Positions 9,329-18,019 of a stretch of DNA of 32,000 nt are shown here, piece after piece; the stretch's first letter is position 1, and every line of letters begins with the position of its first letter. This stretch comes from Pseudoalteromonas tetraodonis (GTDB taxonomy: Bacteria; Pseudomonadota; Gammaproteobacteria; Enterobacterales; Alteromonadaceae). The notes under the pieces were generated by a model. That model made no database searches and was not told where the DNA came from. It saw only the letters and a list, made by a program, of their open reading frames with translations. Where the stretch lies: contig NZ_CP011041.1 of NCBI RefSeq assembly GCF_002310835.1, forward strand, positions 2,340,001-2,372,000, written 5' to 3'. Made by a program: the position numbers and the translations under genes.

Positions 9329-11839
9329 TCACCTTGCATACAAATACTTCTGAAAACCTATAAACGTATCGCGTATCGCAGCTGGTGATCCAAACTCAAT
9401 AGCGGCGTCATTAATGGTGTTGTATTTAAGCTCTACTAAGCTACGCATTTTTTTAGGAGCCAGTTCTTGCACGCCGTCTTCAATGTATTTACTTAATATA
9501 AAGTTGATAAACTCTTGTTGTTTATAGTCAGTAAATGCAGAGTTTATTTTAGGCTTAGCTTGTTGAGCTCGTTCTGTGCGTGTTTGCGCTTCTGCGGCAT
9601 AGGCTACGTAGGATAAAACATCGTATACGTCGCTGTCTTGTGCATCAATTACGGCTTTCATACTATCGAGTTTTTCGCTATCGTAGCCCGCTTCGGTTAA
9701 GTCTTCTAATAGCTTTTCGCGAGTTGTTGGGTCACTCCATATTTCGCGTAGTTGGTCTTCGTTTTCAAAAAAGCGCGGTAGGTCGTCAAACATACGTTCA
9801 ACAAATTCTTTTGCTGTAATGGGCTTACCTTCTGCACTCCAGTACATTGCTGAGGAAATATGCTTAATTTGTCGTGTACGGCCGTCTGAGAGCTTTATTT
9901 CGAGCTTTTCACATACACATGGCCTTTCGCCACATTTTTCACAGCTTTCAGGCTCTGGCTTTTCACAAACACACGGCTTTTGTTCACACACCTTACACGG
10001 TTTCTTTTCACCGGCACCATCACCGCCAGTGTCTTCACATTGGCACGGGGTTGTGCCGCACTCTGGGCATACTTCGCTGGGTATTGGCTCACCATCCCAA
10101 GCTGGGTCAGCAAAGTTATGGTGCGCTTTTACAAAGTCGTAAATGGTAAAGTAGTCTTTGCCATCGTAAGTGCGGGTGCCTCGGCCAATGATCTGCTTAA
10201 ACTCAATCATATTATTACAAGGGCGCATGAGCACAATGTTACGTACATTACGTGCATCTACGCCTGTAGAGAGTTTGCGTGATGTGGTTAAAATTGTCGG
10301 AATCGTTTTTTCGTTATCACAAAAGGTTTTTAAATCGTTTTCACCCGCTACGCCATCGTTAGCGGTAACACGAACACAATAGTTAGTGTTGGTAGTCCAG
10401 CCCTTTTTAACTGCATACTGATTAATAAAATCGCGCACCATACCGGCATGAACTTGTGTAGCACAAAACACGATGGTTTTTTCTTTATGATTAAAACGAT
10501 CCATCCAATAGTGTACACGGCGCTCTTCGCGCTGAGGTATAGTAATAATGCGGTTAAAATCACCTTCTTTATACAGTTTACCGGGCTCAGGATCGCCTTT
10601 TACAATAACTCCATCACCCTTTATATAAGTGTACTCATCCATAGTGCCAACAATGGGTAGCACTTTAAATGGCGTTAAAAAGCCATCGTTAATGCCTTCT
10701 TTTAGGGTGTAGCTGTAAACGGGTTCGCCAAAGTAACCATAGGTATCAGCGTTATCGGTACGCTTTGGTGTGGCGGTTAAACCTAGCTGAACTGCTGGTT
10801 CAAAGTGTTTAAGAATATCACGCCAAGCACTTTCATCATTTGCGCCACCACGGTGACACTCATCAATAATAATTAAATCAAAAAAATCAGCTGGGTATTG
10901 CTCGTAATACGGATTTTCTGCCTTTTTGAGTGGCGCATTTTCATCTTCTTCTGTTGTGGCTTCTTTTAATTCGGTTTTAGGCCCACACATAAGGGTATGA
11001 AAAATTGTAAAAAACACACTGGCATTTTTTGGTACGCCGCCTCGTTTACGAATATCGTCAGGGGTGATACGTACAATGGCATCTTCACCAAATGAGCCAA
11101 AATCATTAAATGCCTGATTAGCTAAAATATTACGATCAGCCAAAAATAAAATACGCGGGCGCTTTTTAGCAAGCCTTATATCTTTCTGCGCGGTCAAACT
11201 CCAACGGGTTTGAAATAACTTCCATGCGGTTTGAAAGCCAATACAGGTTTTACCCGTACCGGTAGCCAGTGTAAGCAGTATGCGATTTTTGCCTTGAGCA
11301 ATAGCATCAAGGGCATTGTGAATGGCGTTTTCTTGATAATAACGGGGTGCCCAATCACCTTTAGCTTCAAAAGGGATGGTAGAAAACGCATCACGCCAAG
11401 CGGTTGTGTAATCCGCTTCTGGTTTATCACCTTGTTGTTCAAAGGTTAAATCCCATAGCGCTTGGGGAGACATATATTCATCTACCAGCGTCTCAATACC
11501 TGTGAGCATATCAATCTGGTAAATCTCATGGCCGTTGGTGGCATACGCAATACGGCATTGCAGACGCTTTGCGTAGTCTTTGGCTTGGCGCACACCTTCG
11601 CTGTAAGTCAGGCTTTCTTTTTTGGCTTCTACTGCGGCAAGCTTACGGCCTTTATATACCAACACATAATCGCAAGGCACTTTGTTAGCGCGTTTGCCAC
11701 CCGCCATAATTTGGCCTGGGCAAATAAGCTCGCGGCGAATAAAGCTGTTATCAACTTCACCCCAACCCGCAGCGACTAGTTTAGGGTCGATTAAATCCGC
11801 TCTGGTGTCGGCTTCGTTACGCGTCCTTGCTTGTGACAT
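9329..11839 (-). CDS. hsdR: type I restriction enzyme R subunit (EcoEI/EcoAI-like C-terminus) with a Cys-rich insert
   Basis: 836 aa. N-terminal PD-(D/E)xK-like CDYVL...AAVEAKK. SF2 helicase motifs LATGTGKT, IIIDECHRG, LGLTATP, QIIGRGTR. The C-terminal region resembles the EcoEI R C-terminal domain. Its ATG overlaps the hsdS stop (TAATG). Confidence 0.9.
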   Translation of the reverse strand: MSQARTRNEADTRADLIDPKLVAAGWGEVDNSFIRRELICPGQIMAGGKRANKVPCDYVLVYKGRKLAAVEAKKESLTYSEGVRQAKDYAKRLQCRIAYATNGHEIYQIDMLTGIETLVDEYMSPQALWDLTFEQQGDKPEADYTTAWRDAFSTIPFEAKGDWAPRYYQENAIHNALDAIAQGKNRILLTLATGTGKTCIGFQTAWKLFQTRWSLTAQKDIRLAKKRPRILFLADRNILANQAFNDFGSFGEDAIVRITPDDIRKRGGVPKNASVFFTIFHTLMCGPKTELKEATTEEDENAPLKKAENPYYEQYPADFFDLIIIDECHRGGANDESAWRDILKHFEPAVQLGLTATPKRTDNADTYGYFGEPVYSYTLKEGINDGFLTPFKVLPIVGTMDEYTYIKGDGVIVKGDPEPGKLYKEGDFNRIITIPQREERRVHYWMDRFNHKEKTIVFCATQVHAGMVRDFINQYAVKKGWTTNTNYCVRVTANDGVAGENDLKTFCDNEKTIPTILTTSRKLSTGVDARNVRNIVLMRPCNNMIEFKQIIGRGTRTYDGKDYFTIYDFVKAHHNFADPAWDGEPIPSEVCPECGTTPCQCEDTGGDGAGEKKPCKVCEQKPCVCEKPEPESCEKCGERPCVCEKLEIKLSDGRTRQIKHISSAMYWSAEGKPITAKEFVERMFDDLPRFFENEDQLREIWSDPTTREKLLEDLTEAGYDSEKLDSMKAVIDAQDSDVYDVLSYVAYAAEAQTRTERAQQAKPKINSAFTDYKQQEFINFILSKYIEDGVQELAPKKMRSLVELKYNTINDAAIEFGSPAAIRDTFIGFQKYLYAR

Positions 11840-13059
11840 TAGACCACAGCTCCTTCTTTTTCTTTCGTTAACTCACCTGAAAAGGCTTTTTGTAGAATAG
11901 ATTTTTTGAGTTCGTCTAAACTATCGAGCTTCTTTATGTAAATCCATTCCAGGTGGAAATACTGTTGCTTTAAAGATTTAAGAGCACGCACTATTTCTTC
12001 CTGCTGTTTTTGTGGAGCCAGCGGTGCAAGAAAAGATCTCATTGTTTTCAAAGATACATTCTTTATTGTTGCCCCAGTAGCTTCTCGTAAAGCATATTTT
12101 TGAAATAGAGGGCTCTCAATTACAAATTTTATATACTCTTTATTTACGTTTTCTTCTAAGTTGAAGTAGCAAGCACTTTTCCCAAGAATTACTTTTTCAT
12201 TGTTATAAAATGCTACATTACCAAGAGTTCCATTTATAGAAACAAAGACTGTTCGATCATTAAGAGGCTTTTTGTACTTATTATATTCTTCCCTAGAAAC
12301 TCTCTTGGTTTTTTCTTTAATCGTTATTTTTCCATCATCTAAATTATTACCATTGATAAAGAAATATTCACCCTCAGGATCGTACTTTGGTGTTCCGTGC
12401 AATCCATCTCCAAGTTTTGTCGTTATATCCGAAATTGGTGCTTCAACCCATCCCTCACCACTCTGGCTAAATACTTGCTGCAAGTAGCTTTCAAACAGCT
12501 CGCGGGCGTTTTTGAGGTTTTGCTCGGTCTTAGCGCGGGCTTGTTCTATATCAACAAAGGCTCGATCTAGAATGGCGACGATGCGTTTTTGTTCTTCTTC
12601 GCTAGGTGTCGGGACCATAATCTCTTTAAGAATTTTGACCGAAGCCATATTCTTAATCGCTGCCCCTTGTGATAACGACTCAATTTGCTCCTGAAAATTA
12701 CGGCTTTCCATCCAAAGCTTTAAAAATTGAGGTGACAAGTTTTTATTAGGCGTTAATTTGAGTAATGCTTGATTAATTATGCCTTGCTTAATTCCTGAAG
12801 GTACAATTGCAATCTTTCCCATAGTGCCAGAGCAACTCATAATCAAATCATTAGGGAAAAGTTCAAACCGTCCCATTTCTGAAAATTTATCTTCATCTAC
12901 AAAATATCTAACACTATCAAATTGGTTATAAATGGCATGTTGTTGCTCATAGACAGCATACCCGTCCTCTTTGAATATATTCTTTTTAAGAGCACCACCA
13001 AAAGGCCCCCTAACAAATTCACAGACATCACCAAAACGCTTAGTTTCCCAAGTCATCAC
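11839..13059 (-). CDS. hsdS: type I R-M specificity subunit with two target-recognition domains
   Basis: 406 aa with a bipartite TRD-conserved-TRD-conserved layout. The conserved helices are EEQKRIVAILDRAFVDIEQARAKTEQNLKNARELFESYLQ and QQEEIVRALKSLKQQ...LDELKKSILQKAF. The start is GTG 13059 or, more likely, ATG 13056 (TGATG overlap with the hsdM stop; GGAG 8 nt upstream). Confidence 0.9.
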   Translation of the reverse strand: MMTWETKRFGDVCEFVRGPFGGALKKNIFKEDGYAVYEQQHAIYNQFDSVRYFVDEDKFSEMGRFELFPNDLIMSCSGTMGKIAIVPSGIKQGIINQALLKLTPNKNLSPQFLKLWMESRNFQEQIESLSQGAAIKNMASVKILKEIMVPTPSEEEQKRIVAILDRAFVDIEQARAKTEQNLKNARELFESYLQQVFSQSGEGWVEAPISDITTKLGDGLHGTPKYDPEGEYFFINGNNLDDGKITIKEKTKRVSREEYNKYKKPLNDRTVFVSINGTLGNVAFYNNEKVILGKSACYFNLEENVNKEYIKFVIESPLFQKYALREATGATIKNVSLKTMRSFLAPLAPQKQQEEIVRALKSLKQQYFHLEWIYIKKLDSLDELKKSILQKAFSGELTKEKEGAVV

Positions 13060-14522
13060 AACAACTCCTGAATCTTACCCAGAATCGCTTCGCTCTCTTT
13101 ATCCAACGCGATGATTTCTTCAATGATGGCTTGCGGTTCACGCAGTGGGGCTTCTTCTGCTTGGTTCGGGTTTTTAACTGATAAATCCCATGTTGCATCA
13201 TTAAGCTCAGACGTTGCCAATAGCCAAGACTTAGCGCTGTCCTCAAAGCCTTTTTGTAGCTCTACAAATTCTTTTAAGTCTTTGTCGTTTAGCGGATTGG
13301 TTTTACCCAAGCTGCGGCCAGGGTCTAGCTGATAGAACCAAGTTTTCTGTGTCGGTTCGCCTTTGGTGAAAAACAACACCACGGTTTTAACCCCAGCACC
13401 TAAGAAGGTCTTTGCTGGGCAATCGAGTACGGTGTGTAAGTTGCAGTTTTCTAATAGCTCTTTGCGCAAGGCAATGGCGGCATTATCGGTATTCGATAAA
13501 AAAGTGTTTTTAATCACAATAGCGGCACGGCCACCAGGCTTTAGCATCTTGATAAAGTGTTGCAAAAACAAGAAGGCAGTTTCACCGGTTTTAATCGGGA
13601 AGTTTTGCTGAACTTCTTTGCGCTCTTTACCGCCAAATGGCGGGTTAGCCAATACAATATCGTGCTGGTTGCTTGGGGTAATGTCTTGTAGGTTTTCGCC
13701 CAGCGTATTGGTGTGAATAACGTTAGGTGCTTCGATGCCATGCAAAATCATGTTCATAATGGCGATAACGTACGCTAAAGACTTTTTCTCTTTGGCGTAA
13801 AAGGTGTGTTCTTGCAGGGTTTTTAAATCGCTGGTTGAAAGCTGCTTTTTGCTGGCACCACCTTGGCGAAGATAGTCGTAGGCTTCACACAAGAAGCCTG
13901 CCGACCCTGCTGCACCATCGTATATGGTTTCGCCAATTTGTGGCTGTAATACGTCTATCATGGCGCGGATTAATGGGCGTGGTGTGTAATATTCGCCACC
14001 GTTGCGACCAGCGTTGCCCATATTTTTAATTTTTACCTCGTACAGGTGTGAAAGCTCATGTTTTTCTTCTTGTGAGCGAAAACGTAATTCATCTACTTTC
14101 TCTAGCGCATCACGCAATGAATAACCACTTTGAATTTTGTTTTTGATCTCGCTAAATATCTCACCAATCTTGTATTCAATGGTGTCAGGGCCGTTGGCAC
14201 GTAGCTTAAAACCTTTAAGGTAAGGGAATAACTCACCATCAACAAAATCCATTAAATCGCTACCAGTTCGGGCTTTGTCGTGATCAAACTCACCATTAGC
14301 AGTTTTAGGTGCAGCCCACGAACTCCAGCGGAAGTCTACATCAATAATGTATTCGTAGTTTTCCGCCATCAATTCGGCTTCTTGAGACTTGGTAAACTCT
14401 AAGTCGTCAAGGTATTTTAAAAATAGCATCCACGACGATTGTTCGGTGTAGTCTAATTCACTAGAGCAACCTGAGTCTTTATGAAAAATGTCGTCGATGT
14501 TTTTAAAAGTTTGTTCAAACAT
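13056..14522 (-). CDS. hsdM: type I R-M N6-adenine DNA methyltransferase subunit
   Basis: 488 aa. HsdM N-terminal domain (LFLKYLDD). AdoMet motif I DGAAGSAGFL. Catalytic motif IV LANPPFGG. First gene of the M-S-R operon. Confidence 0.9.
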   Translation of the reverse strand: MFEQTFKNIDDIFHKDSGCSSELDYTEQSSWMLFLKYLDDLEFTKSQEAELMAENYEYIIDVDFRWSSWAAPKTANGEFDHDKARTGSDLMDFVDGELFPYLKGFKLRANGPDTIEYKIGEIFSEIKNKIQSGYSLRDALEKVDELRFRSQEEKHELSHLYEVKIKNMGNAGRNGGEYYTPRPLIRAMIDVLQPQIGETIYDGAAGSAGFLCEAYDYLRQGGASKKQLSTSDLKTLQEHTFYAKEKKSLAYVIAIMNMILHGIEAPNVIHTNTLGENLQDITPSNQHDIVLANPPFGGKERKEVQQNFPIKTGETAFLFLQHFIKMLKPGGRAAIVIKNTFLSNTDNAAIALRKELLENCNLHTVLDCPAKTFLGAGVKTVVLFFTKGEPTQKTWFYQLDPGRSLGKTNPLNDKDLKEFVELQKGFEDSAKSWLLATSELNDATWDLSVKNPNQAEEAPLREPQAIIEEIIALDKESEAILGKIQELL

Positions 14523-14934
14523 TATTGTTTTATCCCTGCATAGGCTGTAGAGCCTATTTAAATGTTTATATAATTATTTTAGCCACTTATTATTAGATGC
14601 GTTAAAAGCTTTAAGTGGTATTTATTATTCTCATCCATGCTTGAGCAACATAATCGATGGTTTTATTTTGCCCATCAACATTACCCAGTACATGACTGTA
14701 TTTCAAGCAGTTAAACCAAAAAGAAAAATTGCAATAAAAGCACTAAGTACGTTTGTTGTATTACGTCAATAAGCGAAGCTTTTATTGTTGTATGGATTAC
14801 ATTGGAAGTATAAAGGGAAAAACATTAACAAAGAAGTGCTGGGTTTGAATTGAAATACTTTAATATCCACTTCAACCAATAACTTATACTTTTTAATTCT
14901 TAACGCGAAGCACCTCATAAACTTGCTTGATTTG

Positions 14935-14972
14935 CTTTAGCGAACTTTATATTTTTAATATGTTCGCTAAAG
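14935..14972. repeat. 11-bp perfect inverted repeat (CTTTAGCGAAC / GTTCGCTAAAG) with a 16-nt AT loop
   Basis: Read directly from the sequence. It lies in the 540-bp non-coding gap between hsdM and the (MD)n gene. Confidence 0.6.
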
Positions 14973-15017
14973 TTGGTTTTATACAGCCCGCATTCAAAGC
15001 GAAGTAATTTGAGTGTA

Positions 15018-15054
15018 TTAATAACTGTAATTCAAAAAGAGTTACAGTTATTAA
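15018..15054. repeat. 13-bp perfect inverted repeat (TTAATAACTGTAA / TTACAGTTATTAA) with an 11-nt loop
   Basis: It starts 9 nt beyond the stop (15063-15065) of the minus-strand gene 15063..15821. No clear T run follows on the minus strand, so it may be a terminator-like hairpin or an operator. Confidence 0.5.
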
Positions 15055-15062
15055 CAACCTTA

Positions 15063-15821
15063 TTACGCCTTGTCTATGTGCTTTGCAACAGTTTGTCTAC
15101 TGAGACCTACAGCTTTAGAAATTGCCTTATAGGTCATGCTAGGAATCTCCTTTTTTAACAGGGCTGCATGCGTCTTAGGCTCACCCTGTTTTATCATTAG
15201 AAGACATGAGCTTTTACGGTTTAATTCCTCTTTGAGCTCTACATTTAACAAATGAAGACTTTCAAGATCTGCATCTTTTTGCGTAACCATAGCCAATAAT
15301 TGTAACCACTTTTTCAGTAGATTGAGAAATGAACGATAATCAGAACATGCCAGTAATCTTTGTTTACTGAATAAGCGGTTTTTTAACAAACCGATTAGAT
15401 GCGGGTTTGAGTCTGCCTCAAGCTTATGAAAAACCCTTGTAACCTGCTCATTTAAGGGGCTAAAGCGAATAACTTTATTACACCAGCTCTCATCCTGTTG
15501 AAACTCGTTTGCACAAGCCCGTAAAATCTTAGTTGCTGGCGCGGGTTCATTAAGGGCTAAGCTGATAAGGTAATAAAGCTGCTCATCACTTAGACTCTGA
15601 CGAGTTAAGCCTTCTTTATCCGCCTTTTCTTTTTGTAAAATGCGAATATTGGCTAAAACAGCTGCCCTTTGTTTTTTAAGGTTGTTCAGCTCAGTAAATT
15701 GTTTTTTTAGCTGCATATCATGGCTTATAATGGGTTCTTCCATATCCATATCCATATCCATATCCATATCCATATCCATATCCATATCCATATCCATATC
15801 CATATCCATATCCATATCCAT
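15063..15821 (-). CDS. hypothetical DNA-binding protein with an (Met-Asp)13 N-terminal repeat and a C-terminal HTH
   Basis: 252 aa. The C-terminus MTYKAISKAVGLSRQTVAKHIDKA looks like a resolvase/Hin-type HTH. The central part is helical and Leu-rich. The true start is ambiguous because every repeat unit supplies an in-frame ATG. Confidence 0.6.
   Translation of the reverse strand: MDMDMDMDMDMDMDMDMDMDMDMDMDMEEPIISHDMQLKKQFTELNNLKKQRAAVLANIRILQKEKADKEGLTRQSLSDEQLYYLISLALNEPAPATKILRACANEFQQDESWCNKVIRFSPLNEQVTRVFHKLEADSNPHLIGLLKNRLFSKQRLLACSDYRSFLNLLKKWLQLLAMVTQKDADLESLHLLNVELKEELNRKSSCLLMIKQGEPKTHAALLKKEIPSMTYKAISKAVGLSRQTVAKHIDKA
15741..15821 (-). repeat. hexanucleotide microsatellite (ATGGAT)13 + ATG at the 5' end of the gene
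   Basis: The plus strand shows CATATC x13 from 15741 to 15818, then CAT (15819-15821). An A7 run follows on the coding strand just upstream (15823-15829). Confidence 0.95.
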
Positions 15822-16051
15822 ATTTTTTTCCCATATTCCGTTATGACAAGTTAATATCTTAACATAAATGGCACGACTCGTTATTTTTACCCTTAAATTA
15901 ATTATTATTTATTAAGAAAATTATTTATTAACGCCTACAATCAACCATGAACAAATTAGATAAAAAATTAGCAATATTTATTTTTACCGATTGGCGTCGA
16001 GTTGCCCCAAATACGTTACGATAGTAATAATCAAAACAAGGAATAGAGTTT

Positions 16052-16516
16052 ATGAGTAACGTATATATTGAAATTGAATTCATCTCAATTGTTGAAAACC
16101 TAGATAATGTATTTTCAGTTAAAATTGATGACACCATTAGTCTTAATGTAACCCTAGAAAAGGAGAACTGCACGTTAAGCGTAGACTTAACAGTTATGGA
16201 ATCTAAGGAGTTTATCTTCGACGAAAATACAGGGGCTATAACAGGCGATGCAAGTTTGAAAGTCTTGCCTGTGTCCTTAGAAAAGGCAAAAGCTATCTTC
16301 TGGGAAGAAGAGTCCATATGGGGTTCTATTCGCCCCCGATCTTCGAAAGATATAATAGCTTTCGAGGCAAATGCTCATAAAAAGAAAATTAAATTTTCTA
16401 AAAGAGTCAGCCCATCAACTAAAGAAAACACACTAACAGATGAAAGCGAAACTGCTATAAAAGACGAGCATGAGGGGCTATTAGACTCAATGGGTGTTTG
16501 CCCAGAAAAATGTTAA
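16052..16516 (+). CDS. hypothetical acidic protein
   Basis: 154 aa. AGGAA lies ~10 nt upstream of the ATG. It is divergent from the (MD)n gene and sits directly upstream of the oriT-like region and the relaxase. I recognise no motif. Confidence 0.5.
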   Translation: MSNVYIEIEFISIVENLDNVFSVKIDDTISLNVTLEKENCTLSVDLTVMESKEFIFDENTGAITGDASLKVLPVSLEKAKAIFWEEESIWGSIRPRSSKDIIAFEANAHKKKIKFSKRVSPSTKENTLTDESETAIKDEHEGLLDSMGVCPEKC

Positions 16517-16531
16517 CCCACCGCGGAGCGA

Positions 16532-16627
16532 CATTTTGGCTGAGTTGCGTAGCGTTACTCTTGCCAAAATGTGGAGTGGGTGCACAATTTACAATTGTGT
16601 TCAAAGTTGTCTATAGACAACTTTGAA
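16532..16627 (+). promoter_or_regulatory. candidate oriT: three consecutive hairpins/palindromes upstream of the relaxase gene
   Basis: First, CATTTTGGC (16532-16540) pairs with GCCAAAATG (16563-16571), with flanking CCCAC/GTGGG. Second, CACAATT-TAC-AATTGTG spans 16583-16599. Third, a 28-bp perfect palindrome TTCAAAGTTGTCTATAGACAACTTTGAA spans 16600-16627. Confidence 0.5.
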
Positions 16628-16666
16628 GATGCATCCACATTTAAAAAAATGGCTAAGGATTAGGCA

Positions 16667-17464
16667 ATGATTGATACAAGCAACAATAAAGCTATCTTCA
16701 GGATAAAAAAAATTAATTTGCAAAGACAGTTACGTGCTGCCCTTGCTCATAATTTGCGACTGGTAAACCCTCCAAACGTAAACACTGAGCTATCTCATTA
16801 TAATATCCAAGCAAAAGGGTTAAACACTATTGAAGCCTGTATGAGTCGGTTTGAGAGTGCTTTAGAGGGTATAAAAGTGCGTAAGAATGCTGTACTAGCT
16901 CATGAAGCTATTATCACAGGCTCTCCAGATCATATGAATAAATTGACAAAAAAACAGCAAATAGCATATTTCACTGATGCTGCACACTGGCTAGTTAAAT
17001 TACATGGAGGAGATTACAAAAATATCCTTTGTTTATCAATACATTACGATGAATTAGGCGCACACGGTCACTATTTAATGGTACCCAAAATAGAATCAAA
17101 GTTAAATAGCCGAGCTATTATTGGTGGAGCTCGAGGCAGACTTAGCGAATTACAAACGGAGTTTTACGAAAAAGTGGCAAAAAAATACGGATTTACACGA
17201 GGTGTAAAAAATAGTAAAGCTACACACCAGCACTACAGTGAATTTAAAAACCTTAAAAACGACTTAAGTGAGGTAAAGAATAAATTGGAACAAACCAAAA
17301 TTGAGTACAAGACAGCCCTTAATAGACTCAGCTCTGCTCAGCAAAGCCTGTTATTTATAAAAAAGGAACTGAAACTAGCTAAAACTCTGGGGGTATCTGA
17401 CTTAAGAAGAAAAATCGCTCTTCTGGAAAAGAATACTATGTTTAAGGTAACCCCACGCATTTAG
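16667..17464 (+). CDS. MobV-family (Mob/Pre) relaxase
   Basis: 265 aa. It aligns by eye to pMV158 MobM motifs: AHNLR (HxxR), RKNAVLAHEAIITGS, and IHYDELGAHGHYLMVP (HxDE...HxH metal site). It continues with LNSRAII and KATHQHYSEFK, followed by a C-terminal coiled coil. Confidence 0.8.
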   Translation: MIDTSNNKAIFRIKKINLQRQLRAALAHNLRLVNPPNVNTELSHYNIQAKGLNTIEACMSRFESALEGIKVRKNAVLAHEAIITGSPDHMNKLTKKQQIAYFTDAAHWLVKLHGGDYKNILCLSIHYDELGAHGHYLMVPKIESKLNSRAIIGGARGRLSELQTEFYEKVAKKYGFTRGVKNSKATHQHYSEFKNLKNDLSEVKNKLEQTKIEYKTALNRLSSAQQSLLFIKKELKLAKTLGVSDLRRKIALLEKNTMFKVTPRI

Positions 17465-17633
17465 AGTTATTGCCTTAGCGATTAAATTAAATTTCATGAA
17501 GTAACTAAACAAATAAAAATTATTTAACCTCTCAGGTTCCGAGTTAAAAAAATCGGCTATAATCAGAGATTCAAACAATGGTGTTGTTTTAATAACACTT
17601 TTTTATCCGCTAAATGCTAAGGAAAGCAATTTA

Positions 17634-17873
17634 ATGAAGTTACATGTTACCCGCCAAGTCAAAGCTGTATTGGAAGAAGACAAGGGCTTAGATGAGCATT
17701 ATGTCACTGATAAGTTAAGCTACTTTGAAAAAGCTAAAACCAACCGCGAAGCACTTATGATTTCTAGCTTTTTAGATCGAGAGGGTCGAAAAATGCTTGC
17801 TAACCGCCTGAAAATGAACGAACGTGACTTAACGGGATTTTATCAAATAGTCGAACAATCTTATTGGTGGTAG
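17634..17873 (+). CDS. small hypothetical protein (79 aa)
   Basis: Good SD (AAGGAAAG, 7-8 nt upstream of the ATG). A TATAAT at 17558-17563 lies upstream. A strong terminator follows. No recognisable motif. Confidence 0.5.
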   Translation: MKLHVTRQVKAVLEEDKGLDEHYVTDKLSYFEKAKTNREALMISSFLDREGRKMLANRLKMNERDLTGFYQIVEQSYWW

Positions 17874-17913
17874 AGTAATCGGAGACTTACTACTATAGAT
17901 TAATTATTTTATT

Positions 17914-17944
17914 AAACATGGGCTTATAAACCCATGTTTTTTTT
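17914..17944 (+). terminator. rho-independent terminator
   Basis: AAACATGGG (17914-17922) pairs with CCCATGTTT (17931-17939) across an 8-nt loop, followed by T8. Confidence 0.8.
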
Positions 17945-18019
17945 ATTAATAAGATACAACTCTTAATGAAAGCTTTCTTAAACTTAGATGGTGAAACGCT
18001 AACTTCGCAAGTTAAACCA

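Noticed and set aside
9580-11900. Multiple 70-107-aa ORFs on both strands within hsdR (for example 9819..10142, 9980..10282, 11462..11779)
   Set aside because: They are embedded in, or antisense to, the hsdR frame, which carries all helicase motifs. Several arise from the Cys-codon-rich segment.
15928-16317. Minus-strand 129-aa ORF overlapping 16052..16516, and plus-strand 15640..15846 (SISISI...)
   Set aside because: The first has no SD and overlaps the better-supported plus-strand ORF, so it is an AT-rich chance frame. The second is the alternative frame of the ATGGAT repeat.
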